Part shown: piece after piece, positions 56,313 to 64,000 of the stretch
Position numbering within the stretch: the stretch's first letter is position 1
How the letters are laid out: each line of letters opens with the position of its first letter
Assembly: GCA_951406725.2 (NCBI GenBank)
Contig: OX597815.1
Location: 50,530,001-50,594,000, forward strand
Source of the DNA: Octopus vulgaris
Lineage: Eukaryota
DNA: 64,000 nucleotides
Reading direction: 5' to 3'
Program-made: the position numbers and the translations under genes
Notes under the pieces: model-generated
Told to the model about the DNA's origin: nothing
Seen by the model: the letters and a program-made list of their open reading frames with translations, nothing else
Database searches by the model: none

Positions 56313-58773
56313 ATCCCATCGTTGTCGTCATCATCCTCATTGTCATCATCATCATCATGACATCCTATCATCATCACCATCATCATCATCCTTGTCATCA
56401 TCATCATCACCACTACCACCACCGCCACCATTACTACCACTGTCATCATCGTTGTCATCATCGTCATCATTATCACCATCATCGTCATCATCATCATCAT
56501 CATCATCAACATTATCTTCGTGATGACAAAAGTCATGAAGGTGAAGCTGTACAATGAAAGACAAAAAGAAGAGAAAGATAACGGTAGATGAAGAAAAGTG
56601 ATATAATGGCCCAGTTATAAAGATCATGTACAGTCTGTAAATTCAATGAAAAAATTTATATTTTTTTTAAATTAAGGATACTTTTTTTTTCATAAAACTT
56701 CACATAATTTCCATGGTGAGCTTAACTGTACTATATGTTCTTAAATACACGTGTATAGAACTTGTGTTAAGGCTATGTTCTCTTTTTAAACAAATACCTA
56801 TTTTATATAATAATTAGTATTCACATGTTCTATGGCTATTGATTCTCTGTAAAATTGCTTTGCTTAAATAAAAATAAAGATGAAACAAAAAAGCAGAAAA
56901 GATGTTTTTTTTAATGTAAGCTTTCAATATATAATATTCTAGAACTCTTTCAATGAGATGGGGAAAAAAATGAATGAAAATGTCTTGCATTAGTATACAC
57001 AGATACATATAATCCCACATTTACACAACACTATCACAATTATATACACACAGAAAAAAGATATTCGAACATACATGCAAACAGTTATCTGTATGTGTGA
57101 GTGTATGTATTTATAATTTGATCTCCCACACATTTTTCTATGTCTCTCCTCATATCTACAGACATAACCAAACACAAAAATAATTCCAAATAAACATATA
57201 CAAATATATGCCTGTATTCATATATAAATGTAAAAGTATATATATACACAATGATGTATTTCAATTAATAAATATAAATATGCGCATATGCATATGTGCG
57301 TGTGTGTGTGCGCATGTGTGTGTGTGGTTATTATATTCACAGTTTTGTGAATATACATACACTTCTACAAATACATATAAAAATACATGTATAGCATAAT
57401 AAAAAAAATCTAGATGCAGATATATGTATTAATAGGTAGATAGTTCAAAAATACTAAGAATTTTTCAAAAGTTCTTTTTCTCTAAGAAAGCAATTTATTA
57501 TTTTTTTTATAATAAAATCTCAATATATGATTTTTGAGCTAAATATCAAACATTAAGAAAAAATATTTTTAAAAATGGTATCATTTCTTGTCACTTTAAT
57601 TTTTAAAAATGAATAGTAAGTAATATTTAGTTGTTTATATTTTTTTCATTTTTATTTTATTTTTTGTATTCAATATGCACATTAAATGTAAAAGAAATTC
57701 TTCTATGTTACTATGTGTAGTAGTTACCTAATCATTTCAAATTTTACATGAACGCAGACTTTCATAAGAAGTTTTCCTCAAATTGTAATTCCCAAAATAT
57801 TTATCTGCACTTTCCCTCCTTAACAAAATACAATCTTCTCGTGAAATGAGATGCTAAATATTTTAATTATGATTTATTAAAGGCTATAAAATATTTTATA
57901 TATCCCAAACTCAATAAAATGTTTACTTTTATCATATACTTAAGATGTTCTTTTTAATTTTGAAAATATTAAAGATACACATATACACATACATTTCTAT
58001 ATATATATTTACATATATATATGTAAATATATATATAAACACCTTGTAGCTTCGTCGGAGACTCAAATATATATATATGATGTATAGATAGATATAGTAA
58101 CAATTTCTCTTTAACAAACAATCAATATTTTTATCCAATAAAGGTTTCTGGTAACAAATAACAGTGTGTAATGTTGATAATGGCTTCAGAATGTTAATAT
58201 TTTTCAGATATGTGTGTATGTGTGTGTGTGTGTGTGCATGTGTATAAGTATGTATGTACACATGCATATACACATACACACACACACACACACAAATATA
58301 TATATATATGTTGTATTTTAAAATTTTCAATCAAAGTGTAAATATGAACATATTTAGAGAGAAAATTAAAAATTTTCACAAATATCAGTTCTATTATTGA
58401 AAAATAATTGCTGTGTTTGAAAACAAAAGGGAAATTTAGATTTTATCACACTATTACTAAAGAGGAAGGTACACATTTGGAATCAAATATATTGATTTGA
58501 TTTTAATAAGGTGTTGAGAAAACAAACCTTGAAAGATTGGTAAAATATATCTAATTTCATAAAATGCTCTTTTTTAACAGGAAAAATAATTCAAATATAA
58601 TGTTGAAGACAATTTAATTAATATGTTATATATGAAAAACACACGTAATTAAAAACAAAAGAAAACATCAAATACACACACACAGACACACCACGCATGC
58701 ATGTGTGAGTGTGTGTGTGTGTTGTGTATACACACATGTGTGTGTGTGTGTGTATGTATATATATATATATAA

Positions 58774-58804
<31 letters not shown>

Positions 58805-59480
58805 TGTATGTATGTTTGTATGTATGTTTGTATGTATGTATGTTTGATGTATGTATGTATGTACATTGATCAAGATGGAATATATAATCCTAAGATCAAA
58901 TCTGATATAATAAAAACTTAAAGAGCATCATCATGTATTCTCTTATATGATTTCTATAACAATTCATGGACTATTACAGTTTATACTGGGATGTACTTGA
59001 CAAATCTGATATGGTGCCAGCCTAGTGCTTTAAGGGCCCCATCGTTTGTCTTCTACCAATTGCAATTTTGCCATGTCTATAGTCAAAATAACTAACTTTT
59101 GCTGGATTGGTTGTTCTATCTGAGATAAATACCAAATATGGGAGAAGCTAACTACTGATCATAATAAGGACACAGCATGTGATACTGGTTTCTTAAACTG
59201 CAATATGATTTCAAACTTCTTCAAGAGACATGGTTAAGAAGCTCACTATACAACCACATGGTTTGTGGTTCAGTCCCACTGTGTGACACCTTCTTTTATA
59301 GCCTGAAGCTAACCAATGTCTTTTGGAAAACTGTATGGAAGCCCATCACATACACACATATTTCTGTATATATGTGTAAGGAAAATGATTTGACAAAGGA
59401 ATAAATGATTGTCTTATGAACGTCATTGGGTTACAGCTGTTCCTGCTATAAGATGCAGTGGATTCATCGGAGACTCAAAT

Positions 59481-60303
59481 ATGAAGCTCCTCCACTTTCT
59501 ATTACATGAAACCCTTAACTTCGAAATATCTTGTTCACAAGAACTCAGCTTTGTCACACACACATGAAAATCAGCATACTGATAGCAGACTTAGGATAAT
59601 GAACAATGTGTCTCCACTATGCAAACCCTATGAAACAAAGAAACATGCACAGAACTTCATGCACCCCATGCAATTCTCTGGATACGACCAGAAAGATAGG
59701 ATTCAGGTATACAGGGGAGCTAGAAAAAAGTTAGCATTATATGTAATGAAACCAGTAGTACCTGCTCTAGTTATAGAAGTAAAGACTGGGATAGGATACA
59801 AAGAGTTTGTGACAAAGCAAAGAGTGAACACGTGGTACAAGCCCAACAAATATTAAAGAGTGATGTTTGTAGTGGCCACAGCCCATGGAGAACTAGCCCA
59901 AAGATTTAGGAAAGTTCTGCAGGAGGCCAAACACAACATTAAGATCATTGAAAAGTCAGGGAGCTCCGTCAGATCACAACTATTCTTTGAGAATACCACA
60001 TGCACCAATCATAACTGCATGGTACGTAAGATTAACCATGGCATTAACTGTAGAAATAGAAATGTAGTCTACAGCATAAGGTGCATAGAATGTGCATAGA
60101 AGAACATGATATCCATAGGTGAGACATCTAGAAGCATTGCAGAGTCCTCCATACAATACCAACATGCCAAAGACAAACAAGGAGGAATACTGGGTCAACT
60201 TGACATCTGCATTTTATCTAAGCACCCAAAGGCCCCAACACTCAGACAGGAGTATGTCCTCATAAATGAAACATCCCCTGTACTAAATAGGAAATATACA
60301 TAG
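59481..60303 (+). pseudogene. Decayed Penelope-like retroelement ORF (RT thumb, Cys linker, GIY-YIG endonuclease)
   Basis: YMKP..VHKNSA, RLRIMNNVSP, MQFSGY, WYK, MFVVATAHGEL, IKIIEKSG, C-x4-C linker, NVVYSIRCIEC, IGETSRSIAES, LNRK. Fragmented by stops and frameshifts. Confidence 0.85.
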
Positions 60304-60363
60304 AAGGTAATCATACTCCAATGCACAGTTTATATATATATACAGGCAGAGTTGTTAGTAGGC

Positions 60364-60410
<47 letters not shown>

Positions 60411-60421
<11 letters not shown>

Positions 60422-60790
60422 TTCGAGACAAAACCACTATTTTGCAAAACAAACAAGGAAAGACTTAATCAATACATAAAAATTTTTAATATAAAGAAAT
60501 AAACCGCCACTACAATCGTTTCATGTCTTCAATGAATTAAATTAAAACAGATTAGGAGATCGAAAATCCACCTGACGAATGTCATTGAAGACATGAAACG
60601 ATTGTAGTGGCGGTTTATTCTTTATATTAAAATTTTTATGTATTGATTAAGTCTTTCCTTGTTTGTTTTGCAAAATAGTGGTTTTGTCTTGAATTAATAT
60701 TATATAAAATTTTACTATAAAATTGGATTTAATCCTAAATCTGATTTTTTCCCTGTAAATTTGGATATTCCCTAATATTTATTATTATTA
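60411..60790 (+). mobile_element. Young Penelope-LTR-like element with inverted partial duplication
   Basis: 60411-60535 is a near-perfect reverse complement of 60582-60704. Contains the hammerhead at 60568-60610. Bounded by (TA)n on both sides. Confidence 0.85.
60568..60610 (+). ncRNA. Type I minimal hammerhead ribozyme, intact core
   Basis: CCAC-CTGACGA-ATGTC-attgaa-GACAT-GAAA-CGATTG-TA-GTGG. Stems I and II perfect; GUA cleavage triplet. Confidence 0.88.
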
Positions 60791-60898
60791 TATATATATA
60801 TATATATAAAATTAAATAAGGGTAGAAATTGATATTAATCAATTAAAACCAGTGGCCTAGCATATTTAAAAAATCCAAAGATTAAAAATTTTTTTACA

Positions 60899-61060
60899 TA
60901 CAAAATTAAGAGGATTGACCACTAAAAGTGGACAGCCTGTATGCTAGATATAGACGTCAAAATCGCCATTTTCCACGGAGAATGTGTTCTCAAGAAAAAA
61001 TATTTCTATATCTAGCATACAGGCTGTCCACATTTAGTGGTCAATCCTCTAAATTTTGTA
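60899..61060. repeat. Inverted repeat, ~55-bp near-perfect arms, ~50-bp loop
   Basis: tacaaaattaagaggattgaccactaaaagtggacagcctgtatgctagatataga / tctatatctagcatacaggctgtccacatttagtggtcaatcctctaaattttgta. Upstream part is related to 36870-36920. Confidence 0.9.
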
Positions 61061-61254
61061 TATATATATAGATATATATATATATATATTTGTGTGTCTG
61101 TGTGTCTGTGTGTGTGTGTGTGTGTGTGTGTAGGTAAATAAATATGTAAGTAAAAAGATAGATAAATAGATAGATAGGTATATAGGTAATAGAACAGACA
61201 AGCACACACACATACAAACACACATACAAACACACATACATATACACACATACA

Positions 61255-61288
<34 letters not shown>

Positions 61289-61969
61289 CATACATACATA
61301 CATACATACATACATACATACATACACACATACGCATGTGTATACACATGCACACTGACACAAAACAAACAAACAAAAAGAATGCAACTCTGATATCAGA
61401 CAGAACCAATGACTATTGAAAAGGTTGTAAGATGTAACAAAAATCTTAGAAAAAATAAATAAGTAAATGAGTAGAAATCAAACCAGTGTGTGTGTGTGTT
61501 AGGTAATATAGCACTAAAAGAGAATGACTCTCCCTAGACACAGTAAAATATGCTTCACCACATGAATTCACATAAAGAATCAAACCAAATACAAAAACAA
61601 AATATGTGTGTGTTACTTTTATTTTTTATTTTTACTTGTTTCAGTCATTAGACTGCGGCCATCCTGGAGCACCACCTTGAAGAATTTTTCAGTCGAATGC
61701 ATCAATTTCAGTACTTATTTTTTCTTATTCTATGGGTCTCTTTTGCCAAGCTGCTAAGTTACAGGGATGTAAACACACCAACACCAGTTGTTAAGCAATG
61801 GGAGGGGGACAAACACAGATGCATATATACGACAAGCTTCTTTAAGTTTCCATCTACCAAATCCACTCACAAGGTTTAGGTCTGCCCATGGGTTATAGTA
61901 GAATACACTTGCCCAAGGTGCAGCCTTCCAGCTTGCCAGCATGGACAATAGATGCTAAATAATGATGAT

Positions 61970-62030
<61 letters not shown>

Positions 62031-64000
62031 GCTACCAGAGTTAACTTTGCCTTTCATTCTTTTAGAGTCAATATAACAGGTATCAGTTGAATACTGATAT
62101 CGATGTAATTGACTTATCCCCTCTCCCGAAATTGCTGGCTTTGTGCTAACATTTCAAACCAATATATATATATGTATGTATTTATGTATGTTTGTGCGTG
62201 TGTGAGAGACAGAGGGAGAGACAGAGGGAGAGAGAGAGTGAGTGTGTGTGTGTGTGTGTGTCTTTGGGTTTTTATTTATTCCTTTACTACTTGACAACTA
62301 GAGTTAGTTTGTTAACATTTCCGTAAATTAGCAGTTCAGCAAGGGAGAGTGATAGAATAGGTACAAGAATTGAAAATATGCACTAGGATCTAATGACAGA
62401 ACAAAGTAGAATAAAATATAAAAGATAAAACTGTGGAAGAGAAATAAACTAGGATGCCTTAAATAACTTACATAGTGTCTTTTATCATTAGCCAACAACA
62501 AAGCTTCCATATGTCTTGTTTGTTTGTTTTTGATCTTTTAGACAAGTGGAAAGGCATTACCTATAACCTTTTATAGAATTCTTGAGATTGATAGAAGGTA
62601 GGAAGAAGGTATCCACAGACTGGAGATCTGACCAGTAAATGCTTATAACAGATTTATCTTTCCTAATGGTACCCAAGGCTCCAGGTAGTGGTGCTAAACC
62701 AGGCAACAAATTTAAATCTACCAATTTTGTAGGCTATGGTATAGAAAGCCAGAACGAATGCAACAAGGTATCTGATATACCAGTCTACTATCCTAAATTG
62801 GAACTATATTAGTGACCCTGAAATGATGAATGGTAAAGGTTGGCCTCGGTGAGACTTGAACCGAGAAGATAGATGGTGGGAACAAATGCTACAAGACAAT
62901 TCATGTAATGCTTTAATGAGTTTGTGAACTCACCACCCTCATCTTGCCAAAGAAGAAAAAGTTAAATTTTCCTCAAATCATATTCTGTCATCTTGGTAAG
63001 AAATACCTACTGGATGTTGTGGTCCTTCATAAAATGTGCTTGGAGAGAAATGAGGTTATTAATGGCTGGAATGTCTGTTATCATATGTCTGCTCAATCAG
63101 AGCTAACCTTTGGCTGAACATTTACAACAATTACATCAAATCGATGTCTTCAAGTGTTACACCAATAAATTCCCTGTAGCAAGGTTAAACCTCTGGCATA
63201 AAGAACAATACTCAGAATTTCAGATGTGAAATTTAGTTTGAGATTAATGTTTTACCTTATTACTAGTAAAATGTAAAATGATACCAGTAATATACTTGAT
63301 ATAAATACATAATTAATTAAATTCAGGTGACATGAGTGGAAAATTTACCACTTTCCACTCATGCCACATGAGTATAACTCATTTATATACTTGCATGAGT
63401 AGAATTCTTATGAGTATAATTGACATCATTGGCAAAGTTTACCCAAAATATATCATGAAATTTATATATATTTTATGAAATATATTTATAAACCCTAAAT
63501 AATAATTTATCAAATTATCAAAATATTTTTCTGGTTATTTTCTAAGAGAATAACTCAAACATTATCTTTTCAAGTCCTGTCATGCCTCAGAGACATTAAC
63601 ATTCACTGATTTATCTTAAATCTAACACAATAGTGCAAGCTGAAATAGTTTTTCTTTGTTATCCATATGTGCAATATTAAGTATCTGGTATTGTTCAAAT
63701 GATCTGATAAAACAGTGCATAAATGATAGTACTCAATAAAATACAATAAAATATAATATGATATAATATAGAATGTATATAATATTATACTATAATTCAG
63801 ATAGGTTATTTATATTGTCAAGTGTAAAAGGGATCTGAGCTTTCAGCAACATCCTTTCAACTGAAGGTGATATTTTTTTCAGCTGATATTTATATTGTCA
63901 TATTTCAATGTACTAAAATAGGCTGTATTTAAAAAACGGTCAACCATGCAATATTATACCAAGCTGAACTATATTATAGCTCTGCTAATAATTGAATTGT

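Noticed and set aside
59990-60100. Selenocysteine recoding in the Penelope-like endonuclease, as reported for some Naiad elements
   Set aside because: Cys positions use TGC/TGT; the interrupting stops are TAA/TAG, not TGA.

Overview
AT-rich, microsatellite-dense animal genomic DNA with no host protein-coding gene I can support. The SINE families and repeat landscape resemble an octopus/coleoid cephalopod genome (inference). Nearly all ORFs in the track are translated microsatellites. The real coding remnants are all transposon-derived: four Dong/R4-type RLE non-LTR retrotransposon copies (three in a tandem array inside (TAA)n at 95-3130, one at 43.3-44.2 kb), a decayed Penelope-like element (RT C-terminus plus GIY-YIG), an RTE-type LINE fragment with an inverted 5' part, and two Tc1/mariner relics. 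Also present are hAT, piggyBac-type and mariner MITEs, most with intact TSDs, a Helentron/HINE-like element, many tRNA-derived SINEs and a retroposed tRNA-Ser(AGA) chimera. The most notable signal is a dispersed set of about ten type-I hammerhead ribozyme motifs. Two have intact cores (20179-20255 and 60568-60610). Most have palindromic stem III and several have stem II expanded to 50-95 nt. They sit in short Penelope-LTR-like elements that often form long fold-back inverted repeats and abut (TA)n microsatellites.
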